Shown here: positions 19,030-29,422 of the stretch, piece by piece | How positions within the stretch are numbered: position 1 is the stretch's first letter | Layout of the letters: each line of letters starts with the position of its first letter | Assembly: GCA_041666845.1 (NCBI GenBank) | Contig: JBAYGC010000004.1 | Span: 7,965-71,964 of the forward strand | Reading direction: 5' to 3' | Source: Patescibacteria group bacterium | Lineage (GTDB): Bacteria; Patescibacteriota; Patescibacteriia; UM-FILTER-42-10 | DNA: 64,000 nt | Notes under the pieces: model-generated | What the model saw: the letters and a program-made list of their open reading frames with translations, nothing else | Database searches by the model: none | Told to the model about the DNA's origin: nothing | Translations under genes and position numbers: made by a program

Positions 19030-20508
19030 CTAGTTAATAATCTTTATATCCCCTTTTCTAGTATCCAGCTCTACCAAATCGCCGTCCTTTAGAACTTTTG
19101 TGGCAATCTTAGCACCGATAATACAAGGCTTTTTCATTTCTCGGGCAACAATGGCCGCATGTGAAGTCAATCCGCCTACATCCGTGACAAATGCCGCGGC
19201 TCTTTTCATTGCCGGCAGGAGCGAGGGGGTAGTAGCAACCGATACTAAGATATCACCATTTTTCACTTTAGCCATTTTTGATGCTTCATTTACGATTTTT
19301 ACTTTTCCCTTGGCGTAACCGGCTGAAGCTACTGTCCCATGAATAACAAAAACCTGCTGTATCTTTTGTTTTTCTCTTTTTACATTTTGTCTGACATAGT
19401 CTCTGGCCTTTTTGCCGGTAAAAATTATCTGCCGATCCTCGCTTAGCGCAATCCAAACACAATATTTACTTCGCTCCTGCAATACTTCCAGTGGAACCGC
19501 CTTTCTTGCTTTCAGCCAGTTAACTAGCTCTGACTTTGAACAATAATACAGCAATTTTTTCGGTACCTTAAACCTCCTTGATGCTACGGAAAGAATCTTT
19601 TCCCATTGAGAATATACACCGAATAATATTTCCATACGCAATCCCTTTAGATAAGTAAATGTCTGGGCAACATTGAAGAGATATTTTTCTTGATCATTTA
19701 GACCGAGCTTCTCAAACGTGGCAAGCTGTTTTTTCCGAAGCACAGTAGCATAAGTAAGCAGATCATTCAATTCTTTCTTTGCTTTCTTTTTATTTTTAAC
19801 CAGCTCTTTAATAGAAAGCTCCACTTCTTCAAATGCCATACGGGGACCAAGTTGTCCGAAACTTACCCAGTTCCATTTCTTGTAATAATTACCGACCTTC
19901 CTTTCCTCAACATTTCTTCCGGCAGTATTGACAATCATCTGCATGAGTTCAATTCTGGCTGTCTTTGAGGGTATAGGTCTTACTGGAGAAGAAAGTGTAT
20001 TCACTGTTTCAGGAATTGACACAGACTTCTTATTCTTCTCCACCGCCCTTTTTACTATTTTTTTTAGTAAGTGGGAATATTTTTGGAAATAGTGATCAGA
20101 AAACACCGGCACATAACCCCAAATACAAAGGTCATTAGCCAGTTTATAAGTTTTTTGTAAATAATTTGCCAACTGATGATTAGCCCATTGTTCCGGGTCA
20201 TCGTTTTCCACATCTCGGATTGATTTCAATAGAACTTTCGCTATATCCTCTGATTCTTTACGAACTCTTTCTACAAACCCAGGATTCTCCTGAATTTTAC
20301 CAATCAAGAAATCCGACCCCTTATCCCACGCAACATAGTCAACATAAAACAGAAGCTTTTGCTTTTCGTGTTCACAAAAAGTTCTCTCACCTACTTTACG
20401 GCCGTCCAATAGCTTCATCAATAGATTGCTCGGCCAAGCATTATGATTGGGTGAAATAGTTAGTGGACTTATGGAATATTCTTCGTGTGATAATACGTAT
20501 CTTTTCAT
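19030..20508 (-). CDS. PEP-utilizing enzyme mobile-domain protein 4
   Basis: GGLTSHAAIVAREMKKPCIIG. Confidence 0.9.
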   Translation of the reverse strand: MKRYVLSHEEYSISPLTISPNHNAWPSNLLMKLLDGRKVGERTFCEHEKQKLLFYVDYVAWDKGSDFLIGKIQENPGFVERVRKESEDIAKVLLKSIRDVENDDPEQWANHQLANYLQKTYKLANDLCIWGYVPVFSDHYFQKYSHLLKKIVKRAVEKNKKSVSIPETVNTLSSPVRPIPSKTARIELMQMIVNTAGRNVEERKVGNYYKKWNWVSFGQLGPRMAFEEVELSIKELVKNKKKAKKELNDLLTYATVLRKKQLATFEKLGLNDQEKYLFNVAQTFTYLKGLRMEILFGVYSQWEKILSVASRRFKVPKKLLYYCSKSELVNWLKARKAVPLEVLQERSKYCVWIALSEDRQIIFTGKKARDYVRQNVKREKQKIQQVFVIHGTVASAGYAKGKVKIVNEASKMAKVKNGDILVSVATTPSLLPAMKRAAAFVTDVGGLTSHAAIVAREMKKPCIIGAKIATKVLKDGDLVELDTRKGDIKIIN

Positions 20509-20553
20509 ATTTTTTCCCGTGAAGATGTTCTAAATATATCACATGTTGATTAA

Positions 20554-21627
20554 TTATAATTTTCTCACTATTCCTTTATTCGCGTCTACTTCCACCAGAA
20601 CACCGTCTCTAAAAACTTTCGTCGCAACTTTAGTCCCTACAATACAGGGCTTCTTCAATTCTCTTGCGGTAATAGCAGCATGAGACAGCAATCCACCGGA
20701 ATCAGTAATAAAACCGCCCGCCTTCTTCATTAAGGGCAAATACTCCGGCCTGGTCATGCTGGCAACTAAAATATCCCCTTTAGTGAAAGAAGTGATATTT
20801 TTCGGGTCATGAACAATTCTGACATGCCCGACGATTTTCCCCCTTTGTGCTACAGTTCCGTGGAGAACTTCAAATGACTGAACCTTATTAAGAATTGCCT
20901 CAACTTGCTTAAATTGGCGCCCGATAAAATGAATATTCTTATTGGTATTTGCAAACACAGCAAATCCAGGGTTGCGCTTCTGCAGTATCAATTTTGAAGG
21001 AAGTGGTTTGCCGTTCAGATAATCCTCAATTTCCTGGTATGTGCAACATAAGACTAATGATTGCGGCAATTTTTCTTTTTTTCCAATTTGTTTTGCCATA
21101 TTTTCCAGAAACTCTTCGGTTTCAGTCAGCACTGTTTCAGCATACACCCTGGCTTTCTCAAGTAATACAAAATATCTTTTAATCTGATTTTCAGACAATC
21201 CATCGACTATATATTTTACATTAATATGCGGCTGATAATATGCCACCAGCTTCTGAAAATATTCTTCAAATATTTTTGCAGTAAATATCGAACGGCTGTG
21301 AGTGCGAAGAAATTTCCTGATATGGTCCGACTGTTTTTTCAAATTATTGCAGATCTGAATTACACGCTTTGGATTACGGTTTACTTCATCAGCCAAATAG
21401 TGACAGAATTCCTCCCGATCTCTCTGTCGTGCCCATCCTTGGCTTTTTCCATTTTTTACTACTATTACAGTTTCGGGTAAGAAAGGTCTTCCGCGGAACC
21501 TGATCAAGCTGACATATTCCACTGCAAAGTGACTGCAGGAGAAAAGACTCCATTTTCCGGCCCAAATCTGTAACCAGTCCGGTCGGTTCAGTTCATCGGG
21601 TTTTATTTGGACAGTCTTTTTCATCAA
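20554..21627 (-). CDS. PEP-utilizing enzyme mobile-domain protein 5 (short form)
   Basis: GGLLSHAAITARELKKPCIVG; 357 aa. Confidence 0.9.
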   Translation of the reverse strand: MMKKTVQIKPDELNRPDWLQIWAGKWSLFSCSHFAVEYVSLIRFRGRPFLPETVIVVKNGKSQGWARQRDREEFCHYLADEVNRNPKRVIQICNNLKKQSDHIRKFLRTHSRSIFTAKIFEEYFQKLVAYYQPHINVKYIVDGLSENQIKRYFVLLEKARVYAETVLTETEEFLENMAKQIGKKEKLPQSLVLCCTYQEIEDYLNGKPLPSKLILQKRNPGFAVFANTNKNIHFIGRQFKQVEAILNKVQSFEVLHGTVAQRGKIVGHVRIVHDPKNITSFTKGDILVASMTRPEYLPLMKKAGGFITDSGGLLSHAAITARELKKPCIVGTKVATKVFRDGVLVEVDANKGIVRKL

Positions 21628-23249
21628 ATTTTCCTTACTATTCCCTTCGTTGCGTCTACTTCCACTAAATCCCCGTCTTTAAATACTTTGGTGGCAATTT
21701 TTGTGCCGATAACACAAGGGATACCTAGTTCGCGTGATATGATTGCAGCATGGGAAGTTACCCCACCTTGTTCCGTAACAATGGCGGAGGCTTTTTTCAT
21801 TGCCGGTACTATATCCGGATCTGTAGCTATTGATACCAGTACATCACCATTTTTCATTTTATTCATATCTGACGATCTGATAATCAACTTTACTGCGCCC
21901 CTGCCCCTGCCGACACATCCGCATTGTCCCTGTACTTCTGTTATTTCATTATCAATTGCTATTTTAGTTTTTTCGGCCATTTTTTTTGCTTCGTTGCCGA
22001 CAAATACCTTTTCAATTCCCTTCTCGGCATAATACACACAATATTTTGTTCTTTTCTGCAACGCTTTTTTATCCGGTTTCTTTCCCCCGATTAACGCATC
22101 CCCGATTTCTGATTTTAGCATAAATCTTACCTGCATTAATGAAATATCCAGTCGCCTAGCTATTTCTTCCAATACCGGCTGCATATTATAGATTGCATAA
22201 ATCTGGGCAAACCGTCGATAAATCTTGGTTATCATGAAATCAGCCCAACTGGTGAATATTGTTTTCCACGGATTTTTTATCTTTAGTTTTTTGATTAATG
22301 TATTTCTTTTTATAATCAGATTCTTGTGCTCATTGATTTCATCTTTCAATAATTCTACTACATTTATGCCTTCACCAATCAGTTTTACAAGTTCCTTAAG
22401 ATAATAGTCAAAAGTGTAAATACCGTCCTTACCGATCCACATAAACTTCACGTAATGATATTTAATATAATGTTGCTCAATTAGTTTTAGTATCTCCATC
22501 TTAATCTGATCTTTCATCTCCGCTACTTTCTTTTCGAATGCAGCTTCATATTCCGGCGTATGTGTTTCCAGGCCATAGGGTGAAACATTATACTCTAAAA
22601 ATTCCTGATACAGTTCCCGGAACAGTTTTTTGTGATAAGAATCTTTCTGAATTTTTGACGCGATTGTCAAGAACTCCTCGCGCTCAATCTGAATTAGTGA
22701 TTTTTTTTCAGGTACAGTCAGTGTTACTAAATATTCATTAATCTTTTCTTTTCTGACCCCGATTGACTTCAAATATTTTTTAAGCTCTTCAGTAAAGTCG
22801 TTATGAAACATGTCGGCTGCTACCGGCAACCAGCCCCATTGGTAATATTTTGTGTGGATTTCATCATGCCTTTGATAAAAGAACCAAAGTTGCTTTTTGG
22901 TAAGTTTTTCCAAATTTTCCTGGGGAAGATTATGCGCAAAATAACGCAGTTTATCAGACCATTTTACAATTTCTTCATTTACCTCCACCGTAAATTGAGG
23001 ATTTTTGACAAATTTTTCAACCAAATGTTTTCCTTGCTTAAAAGAATCATCTTCTCCGAAATAGAACCACAGATGATATCCTTTATAGATCGCCATTACT
23101 TTTTCGTTGGCAAATCCACCCGGTTTGACAAATTCGTTGGCAAAACAGGAAAGCCAAATTTGCGAAAAAAACAGATCAATATCCGGTATGTCTTCAGCCA
23201 ACATCCATGAGTCTTGGCTATTTAAATGCTTCAATCTTCTTTTTGACAT
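21624..23249 (-). CDS. PEP-utilizing enzyme mobile-domain protein 6
   Basis: GGVTSHAAIISRELGIPCVIG; ATGA overlap with the next gene. Confidence 0.9.
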   Translation of the reverse strand: MSKRRLKHLNSQDSWMLAEDIPDIDLFFSQIWLSCFANEFVKPGGFANEKVMAIYKGYHLWFYFGEDDSFKQGKHLVEKFVKNPQFTVEVNEEIVKWSDKLRYFAHNLPQENLEKLTKKQLWFFYQRHDEIHTKYYQWGWLPVAADMFHNDFTEELKKYLKSIGVRKEKINEYLVTLTVPEKKSLIQIEREEFLTIASKIQKDSYHKKLFRELYQEFLEYNVSPYGLETHTPEYEAAFEKKVAEMKDQIKMEILKLIEQHYIKYHYVKFMWIGKDGIYTFDYYLKELVKLIGEGINVVELLKDEINEHKNLIIKRNTLIKKLKIKNPWKTIFTSWADFMITKIYRRFAQIYAIYNMQPVLEEIARRLDISLMQVRFMLKSEIGDALIGGKKPDKKALQKRTKYCVYYAEKGIEKVFVGNEAKKMAEKTKIAIDNEITEVQGQCGCVGRGRGAVKLIIRSSDMNKMKNGDVLVSIATDPDIVPAMKKASAIVTEQGGVTSHAAIISRELGIPCVIGTKIATKVFKDGDLVEVDATKGIVRKI

Positions 23250-23312
23250 TCTATCTATATTCTCAATAAATATATACAGCGAGTTTGCTGTAATGTTATT
23301 TTAATCTAAAAA

Positions 23313-23822
23313 TTATGGTTTCCCCCCAAACATTTGTGACCATGTGGTGTTACAAAAAAGACAAGCACCTTCAACTATCGGAGCTTTCCTTTCCAGTCTG
23401 TATAATAAGTAATATTTTTGAGATGCTACATCATCATCAAGCGCATATCGAGTATATAAATATATATAGTGTTGATTTGTTTCATTATCAGTAATATTCA
23501 ATGGATCACTTGGCAGTGTCGGCATATATTTTGGTACCAGCGAGGGAATCCAATTATTTGGCTCGCTCCATGAATCACAGACGATAACTGAAGGCAGGGC
23601 ATTACATACCTTGTAATCAGGATAAACCCCGTAGTCGTTATAATAAAGCTCCAGAGCATTTCGGATTGCGTCTAGATCCGCAAGTCTTTTTGTATCTCGT
23701 GCTTCAGCCCTGGCATTTTGCATAGATACGAAAGCAATAGATGATATAAGACCAATAATGGCAACCACCACTAAAAGCTCCATTAATGTGAAACCTTTTT
23801 GTCCCTTATATAGATATTTCAT
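23313..23822 (-). CDS. Type IV pilin / GspG-like pseudopilin
   Basis: KG/FTLMELLVVVAIIG class III signal; ARDTKR.ADL..I..ALELYY.D.G.YP; LPSDP. Confidence 0.9.
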   Translation of the reverse strand: MKYLYKGQKGFTLMELLVVVAIIGLISSIAFVSMQNARAEARDTKRLADLDAIRNALELYYNDYGVYPDYKVCNALPSVIVCDSWSEPNNWIPSLVPKYMPTLPSDPLNITDNETNQHYIYLYTRYALDDDVASQKYYLLYRLERKAPIVEGACLFCNTTWSQMFGGKP

Positions 23823-23833
23823 ATGTTTTTTTA

Positions 23834-25480
23834 TTATTGTGGCATAAAGAATTTACCCACTGCTATGTTTACACCTGACGTCATTTCATTCGGAAAAGCC
23901 ACCACTTCATAAAGCGGGTGTTCGCCCATGCCTTTCCAAATCTTAATTACCGCCCGGTCGCCTGACTGTACCGCGGTTACTATTTCATCTTTTCCATCAT
24001 AATTGAAATCACCCGTAGCTAAGCTTACTCCACCGCGAAATTCGGGATGGTAGGCAAAAAAACCGTTGTAATAGAGAGTCATCGAACCGTCGGGTAAACG
24101 ACGGAATATTCGGACATGTGGTCCGCCAACCGCTACCGGCGCAGTGATTATTTCATCACCACTACTCCCTACCAAATCACCCGTTGCAATATTCACCCCC
24201 CCTCGAAAATCGGTGGGGTAAGCCATGAATCCTAAAATGTGCGGCCAAATTTTATTTCCTTCATAATGAAATATTCGCACGTGTGGACCGCCGGTCAATA
24301 TTCCCGGAACCGTAATTATGTCAGCATGACCATCTGAATCCAGATCACCGCTTGCCACTTCCCAGCTTCCCCTCAGCCATTCGTTATAAGCAAAAAAGTT
24401 TTCAATCGTCGGTACATACATACCGTCACGTTTGCCGAAGATCCTAATATTCGGCCCGCCACCTGAAGCAGGAGATACGATTATTTCACTGCCGCCCTTC
24501 TTATCTACATCACCAATTGCAACTTTCACGCCGTTTCGGAATCCATCCTGATATACTGAAATTTCATCAAGCAGATCGCCCTTCCAGTTGAAAATACGCA
24601 CTCTCGGTTCATAGCCGGTGCCCGGACCGACAACTATCTCATCAATACCATCCGAGTCAAGATCACCGGTTGCGACATTTACACCGCCACGAAATGACTG
24701 GGAATAGGCAAAAAATTGGGAAAGCAAATGGCCTTCTTTTGTAAATATTCTAACCTGTGGCCCACCTCCCTGGTTCGGGACAGCAACTAAGTAACTCTCC
24801 TGAAGTTGTAATTCACCCCCACCAACCGGCGGTTGTACAGGATCATCGGGCAAACTGTCGTCCCCCGGAATTTCCGCTGGTGGATTAACCACAGTACATT
24901 CATCTGTCAGGTATGGAATTTCCTCCTGTGTACCACAATTATTTAAATCGCTGCAGGTTCTGGATTTTACCCCATCTATACATTCCGACCAGGCTGAACA
25001 TGTCCAAGATTCAACACAATCCGTACTATGGGTTGTGATATTTGAAAGCGCGGACCATTGTCCTTCATTATCTGCGGTTTTGATTGCAAAATAGTAAGTG
25101 GTGTTTGGCGCCAAACCCATAACAATGAACGATTCTTCCGTCCCGGCAGAGGAAGGAGCAGGAGGATCAATCACTTGTGTTGCACTGTCCCAGTTAGAGC
25201 TATTAATCGCTTGCGTACTGTAACGAATATCATATTCAACTGCCGTACCGGTAAAACCATCATCGCCGGGCGCTGTCCATTCGAGATTTATCGAATTTGC
25301 CGAAGTAGCACTAAACCCTGCCTGCACTTCAGTTAAGTATAGCTGATTATTATATGGATAGAGCAGGCTGTATGACAAACCGATCAATGCTGAAAATCCC
25401 GCAATTATTGCAATCTCAATACTTATCCTGACAAGAATTATTGGTTTGTTTTTAATTATTGAATCTGTTTTCACCTGCAT
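23834..25480 (-). CDS. Secreted FN3 + Cys-motif + FG-GAP repeat surface protein
   Basis: WTAPGDDG...YDIRYS FN3; WTCSAWSEC; repeated FFAY..FRGGVNVA.GD.D.DG.DEII. Confidence 0.85.
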   Translation of the reverse strand: MQVKTDSIIKNKPIILVRISIEIAIIAGFSALIGLSYSLLYPYNNQLYLTEVQAGFSATSANSINLEWTAPGDDGFTGTAVEYDIRYSTQAINSSNWDSATQVIDPPAPSSAGTEESFIVMGLAPNTTYYFAIKTADNEGQWSALSNITTHSTDCVESWTCSAWSECIDGVKSRTCSDLNNCGTQEEIPYLTDECTVVNPPAEIPGDDSLPDDPVQPPVGGGELQLQESYLVAVPNQGGGPQVRIFTKEGHLLSQFFAYSQSFRGGVNVATGDLDSDGIDEIVVGPGTGYEPRVRIFNWKGDLLDEISVYQDGFRNGVKVAIGDVDKKGGSEIIVSPASGGGPNIRIFGKRDGMYVPTIENFFAYNEWLRGSWEVASGDLDSDGHADIITVPGILTGGPHVRIFHYEGNKIWPHILGFMAYPTDFRGGVNIATGDLVGSSGDEIITAPVAVGGPHVRIFRRLPDGSMTLYYNGFFAYHPEFRGGVSLATGDFNYDGKDEIVTAVQSGDRAVIKIWKGMGEHPLYEVVAFPNEMTSGVNIAVGKFFMPQ

Positions 25481-28027
25481 TTAATAAGCTATTAAGTCGC
25501 TGATAGTTCCAGGAGGTGTGCTATCTACTGGCGGCAGAGGATTAAGCAATATTCTGCCATCATACATACTTAGTGTTACTGAATCCGTCTCACCGCCCGG
25601 ATTGGCAGCAGGATCTTGACCTCCCTCCGTTGCATCAATATATCTGTATGTTCCACCAAGATTAACTGTAGAAGTCGCTATTGTATTATTTAATAATACA
25701 ATGCCATTTTCAAAATCTCTCCGGTATATGCCGGATTGTACTTGAGCATAATCTGTCGTCGGCAAACCCAAATAACCTCTACCGACAGCATAATCATCGG
25801 TAGGCTGTCCGGTTTCAAAATCAACCCAATATTCATCAAACCATGATTGTGACCTGTTACCGTCGGGACTCTGCGGATTGTAATATATTCCGGTCATTAA
25901 ACTGGCGGCAAGTCCATAACGATGATACCGATAATAAGAAGTGCTACCTTGGAGATTTGCATTTTCAAATAAATTATCATTCAGATGTGGTGCCAGTGAA
26001 TTTTCTTCCCAATATTCAAATCCGCGCGTATTGGCCGGATCAAAGTAATAAGTAAGGGTACTTGGCTGAAACACCCTTTCCCACAAATTACCATTGTAGT
26101 CTCCATGATACACCGCATTACCATTACCGACGGTCAGCATGTCTTGACCCAACCGCTCCCGGTTCTTTTGCATTTGCGCGTGCATCCCTTCGTTCCATAT
26201 TTGCGTTGCTTTATCCAAGTCCGCTGAGTTATTCAAATCCTCATCAATACCATCAAAATCAAAGTCACAATACTGCTCATATACTCCCGGATTCTCTACA
26301 TAATCATATAAAAACCAGAAGGAAGGTCCGACAACATCCCACCAAATCCCGTCAAAATAATTCAGCCGGTCAAAGATATCTTTTTCCATGTGTTCCGCTG
26401 AAATGTCTGTATAAGGTGAAATGACATTCAAATTATAAATCAAATTACTGGGGAAACTTGGGTTATAGCAATAAGTACCCGGACTTTCCGAACTTTGCAG
26501 ACGGAGACTGGGATTCAGACGGTCATTGAAAGTCTTAAATGCCACACCGCTGTAATCCTGATAACCGATTGCATCTTTATAAAGAAGTACTGCCGCATTA
26601 GGATTGGCTTCCTTAATTTGACGAATGACATCCGGAACTCCTATGGCAGCTTTAGAAAAATTTACCATATCGTATCTGCTTAAATATTCCACTTCACTAG
26701 TAGTTGGCAAATTACCCCACCACAATTCCGAAATTTTTGGATAGGTCTGCGGAATATCCGGCAACACCCTGAATTGACGGAAAAAACCGTAATCATCCGG
26801 ATCATCTGATGTTCCCTGGCACTTGATGGCAACAGGAAACTGGTCAATAATATCGTCAACTGTCTGTGTAATTGAATGTTCGGTTCCTGCGGGGCCAGTA
26901 GAATTTGCAAGTACACTGTATTGCTCCGGCCTTACTCCGTAACGGCAGGTCATGGGCGATGGTGTTGTAAAACTGATGGTAAATTGCTCCGTATTCGGTA
27001 TAAAATACCCGTCAGGACTGGTCACTGATATCTTATGATCCAAGACGGTCGCACTACTGCTTAAAGCATCTCCGCCACCCGTGACTGTTAAGCCGATTTC
27101 ATCGCCCAGCACAAGATCACCGTCATAATAGATATCACTTTCGGAAAACGGTACGGATCTTTTGTAGTATTCGTGTATCTGATCTGAACTGAGCGGCGCA
27201 TTCAAGAATCTTAGTTCATCAACAATCACATTATTATTACCAACAACTATATTTTCACTACCCGGTACAATAGAGGGAAAATTTTCCCCCTCCGTATAGT
27301 CTCTTCTATAAACCTGTTCACCATTATAATAATATTTAATAACCTTCCCAGAAGCGGACCAAGTAGCGGTTAAGAGTACTGGGATACCTGTCGGCATTAC
27401 CACACGATCATTACCCCCTTGTGCAGAAAGTTCCCAGCCATCAGCATAATCATACATTGTAAATTTGAGTACATTTATCTCATGTACGTTCATCATGAAC
27501 GAATCACCGGTCGAATTATTGTGATATCTGAAAATATACGGACTCGTATCAAACACCGGATCAGTAAGTGGTTTTTTTAATGTCAGCCAGATGTCCATCG
27601 TCCCCTCGCTAAAATCAATATTGTTTGATAGGGAATATTCCGCACTACCGACCATACCCTTGCCAAATTTACCATTTTCGTAAGTAACCGAACCGGATGA
27701 AACCGGATTTTCGCCAGTTACCGTTGCCTGAGAATCATCAAAATGTGCTAAAAAGGTAGTAGGCACTGTGCCATTTTCCGCCACTTCGCTGTTTAGCGAC
27801 CATTCATACAGTGAATCTTCCGTGGCATCGGAATGCGCAACTATTTCACTACCAACGTACGGCTGAACAATATTCAGATAGGAGTCGGTCGCCTGCGTTT
27901 CCGGAGCCAACTTGCCATCTTTCCATAAATAAAAAACCGCCGTTGAAACAGCGGCACTTAAAACAAAAATGACAACTACTCTAGTTATTATACCCCTAGC
28001 CCTGAATGCGCCAATATCACTACGCAT
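25481..28027 (-). CDS. Secreted LamG-like + putative glycoside hydrolase (GHL15-like TIM barrel) protein
   Basis: GKFGKG...GTMDIW...VDELRF (LamG); FDGIWWD and YRRDFENGIVLLN. Confidence 0.7.
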   Translation of the reverse strand: MRSDIGAFRARGIITRVVVIFVLSAAVSTAVFYLWKDGKLAPETQATDSYLNIVQPYVGSEIVAHSDATEDSLYEWSLNSEVAENGTVPTTFLAHFDDSQATVTGENPVSSGSVTYENGKFGKGMVGSAEYSLSNNIDFSEGTMDIWLTLKKPLTDPVFDTSPYIFRYHNNSTGDSFMMNVHEINVLKFTMYDYADGWELSAQGGNDRVVMPTGIPVLLTATWSASGKVIKYYYNGEQVYRRDYTEGENFPSIVPGSENIVVGNNNVIVDELRFLNAPLSSDQIHEYYKRSVPFSESDIYYDGDLVLGDEIGLTVTGGGDALSSSATVLDHKISVTSPDGYFIPNTEQFTISFTTPSPMTCRYGVRPEQYSVLANSTGPAGTEHSITQTVDDIIDQFPVAIKCQGTSDDPDDYGFFRQFRVLPDIPQTYPKISELWWGNLPTTSEVEYLSRYDMVNFSKAAIGVPDVIRQIKEANPNAAVLLYKDAIGYQDYSGVAFKTFNDRLNPSLRLQSSESPGTYCYNPSFPSNLIYNLNVISPYTDISAEHMEKDIFDRLNYFDGIWWDVVGPSFWFLYDYVENPGVYEQYCDFDFDGIDEDLNNSADLDKATQIWNEGMHAQMQKNRERLGQDMLTVGNGNAVYHGDYNGNLWERVFQPSTLTYYFDPANTRGFEYWEENSLAPHLNDNLFENANLQGSTSYYRYHRYGLAASLMTGIYYNPQSPDGNRSQSWFDEYWVDFETGQPTDDYAVGRGYLGLPTTDYAQVQSGIYRRDFENGIVLLNNTIATSTVNLGGTYRYIDATEGGQDPAANPGGETDSVTLSMYDGRILLNPLPPVDSTPPGTISDLIAY

Positions 28028-28056
28028 AGTTTTTTTATACTCATATTACGTGATTA

Positions 28057-28085
28057 ATGATAACAGAAAAATCGCATTTTGTCAA
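28057..28085 (-). promoter_or_regulatory. sigma70 promoter for the surface-protein block
   Basis: Minus strand TTGACA-17-TATCAT with TGt extension. Confidence 0.65.
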
Positions 28086-28124
28086 TTTAGTGCTACTTAT
28101 GAAAATTTTTGCAAAATCTATATT

Positions 28125-28796
28125 TTATAGTTTTCTCGTTTTTTCAAAACCTTTTTTCCAATCCAAAAAATTCTTCCAGATATTCTTGTCTTTATGCCAA
28201 TTATCCCGATCCGCTTCATATGCCTGTTCCAATGCCCAAGCAATTTCGCTGAAAAATCCTATCTTTCTGAAATAATGGTCTCGGTTTTTTTTGTTAAAAA
28301 GTGCTTCGAACTTGATTTTACGCTTGCTAATCCATCCAGGATATTTTCCGCCGGTATCATCTAGAATAACAAGTACTTCTTGAATATTTAATTTTCCTTT
28401 GACATTCTTAATGAATATTTCCTTGCTTGCTCCAGTGGCAATTACATCATCAACCAAAACCGCTCTTGCACCTTTGCTATATGCTCCCTCAATCAAAGAA
28501 TCCGTGGAATAACCTTTAGTCTTTTTTCTAATGTAAACCCAAGGCAATTTTGTTTCCAAGGCTGTAGCGGCAGCTAAACTAATTCCACCAGTTGCCCCAC
28601 CGGCGATTACTTCAATCTTAGGTCTGATATTTCTAATAATTCTGGCAAATTCTTGTGCTACTGCCTTTAGTACAACTGGATCAGACAAAGCCGCTTTAGG
28701 ATCCCAATAAATCGGAACAATCCGGTCTGCTTGGATTTTAACACCAGGAACATAAAAACGCTTTTGGGCTAATATTTTGATTACCTCATTTTTCAT
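28125..28796 (-). CDS. Type I phosphoribosyltransferase, PyrE-like paralog 1
   Basis: PIYWD, AGGATGG, RKKTKGYS, VLVDDVIATGAS. Confidence 0.85.
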   Translation of the reverse strand: MKNEVIKILAQKRFYVPGVKIQADRIVPIYWDPKAALSDPVVLKAVAQEFARIIRNIRPKIEVIAGGATGGISLAAATALETKLPWVYIRKKTKGYSTDSLIEGAYSKGARAVLVDDVIATGASKEIFIKNVKGKLNIQEVLVILDDTGGKYPGWISKRKIKFEALFNKKNRDHYFRKIGFFSEIAWALEQAYEADRDNWHKDKNIWKNFLDWKKGFEKTRKL

Positions 28797-29422
28797 TTTT
28801 TTATCCTACTTCCCCAGTTAATTGGATCTTTAAGATACTGTTTAATCGCTAAAGTATCTTCGAGATCAAAAATGTTGTGTTTAATACCAAAATTGGCAAT
28901 TTCTTGAAAAGTTACTAGATAGTGAATCTTTATTTTACTTGCTTTCTCGATTTTTTTTGCCAGTTCCTTTTTGACTATTGAAACTACTATAACATCTTCA
29001 ACTTTTGCCTTGTTTTTCCTAAGTACTTTGACGGCATTGTTAATATTGCTTCCAGTCACCATCATATCATCTATCAGTACCACTTTCTGGCCAGGCTTGA
29101 GAATCCCTTCAATTTGTTTTTTTGTACCATTTGTTTTTGGTTTTTTTCTGACGTAAATCATTGGTTTGACAAGTGCTCGGGCGAGAATACCGGCAAAAGC
29201 GATGCCTGCCGATTCATTTCCCGCAATTATATTATAATGCTTTGGCAGTAACCCCTTTAATTGATTAAAAACTATTGATAGTTCCTTGGGGTATGATAAT
29301 AGATTTCTATGGTCAAGATAAATAGGTTGATATAGCCCCGCTCCACCTAATAGCGGCTTTTTGTAATCACAATAAACATTTTGCGCCTTGTATAATGCCT
29401 TTATGATTTTTGGTTTGTTCAT
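28793..29422 (-). CDS. Type I phosphoribosyltransferase, PyrE-like paralog 2
   Basis: PIYLD, AGNESAG, RKKPKTNG, VLIDDMMVTGS. Confidence 0.87.
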   Translation of the reverse strand: MNKPKIIKALYKAQNVYCDYKKPLLGGAGLYQPIYLDHRNLLSYPKELSIVFNQLKGLLPKHYNIIAGNESAGIAFAGILARALVKPMIYVRKKPKTNGTKKQIEGILKPGQKVVLIDDMMVTGSNINNAVKVLRKNKAKVEDVIVVSIVKKELAKKIEKASKIKIHYLVTFQEIANFGIKHNIFDLEDTLAIKQYLKDPINWGSRIKK

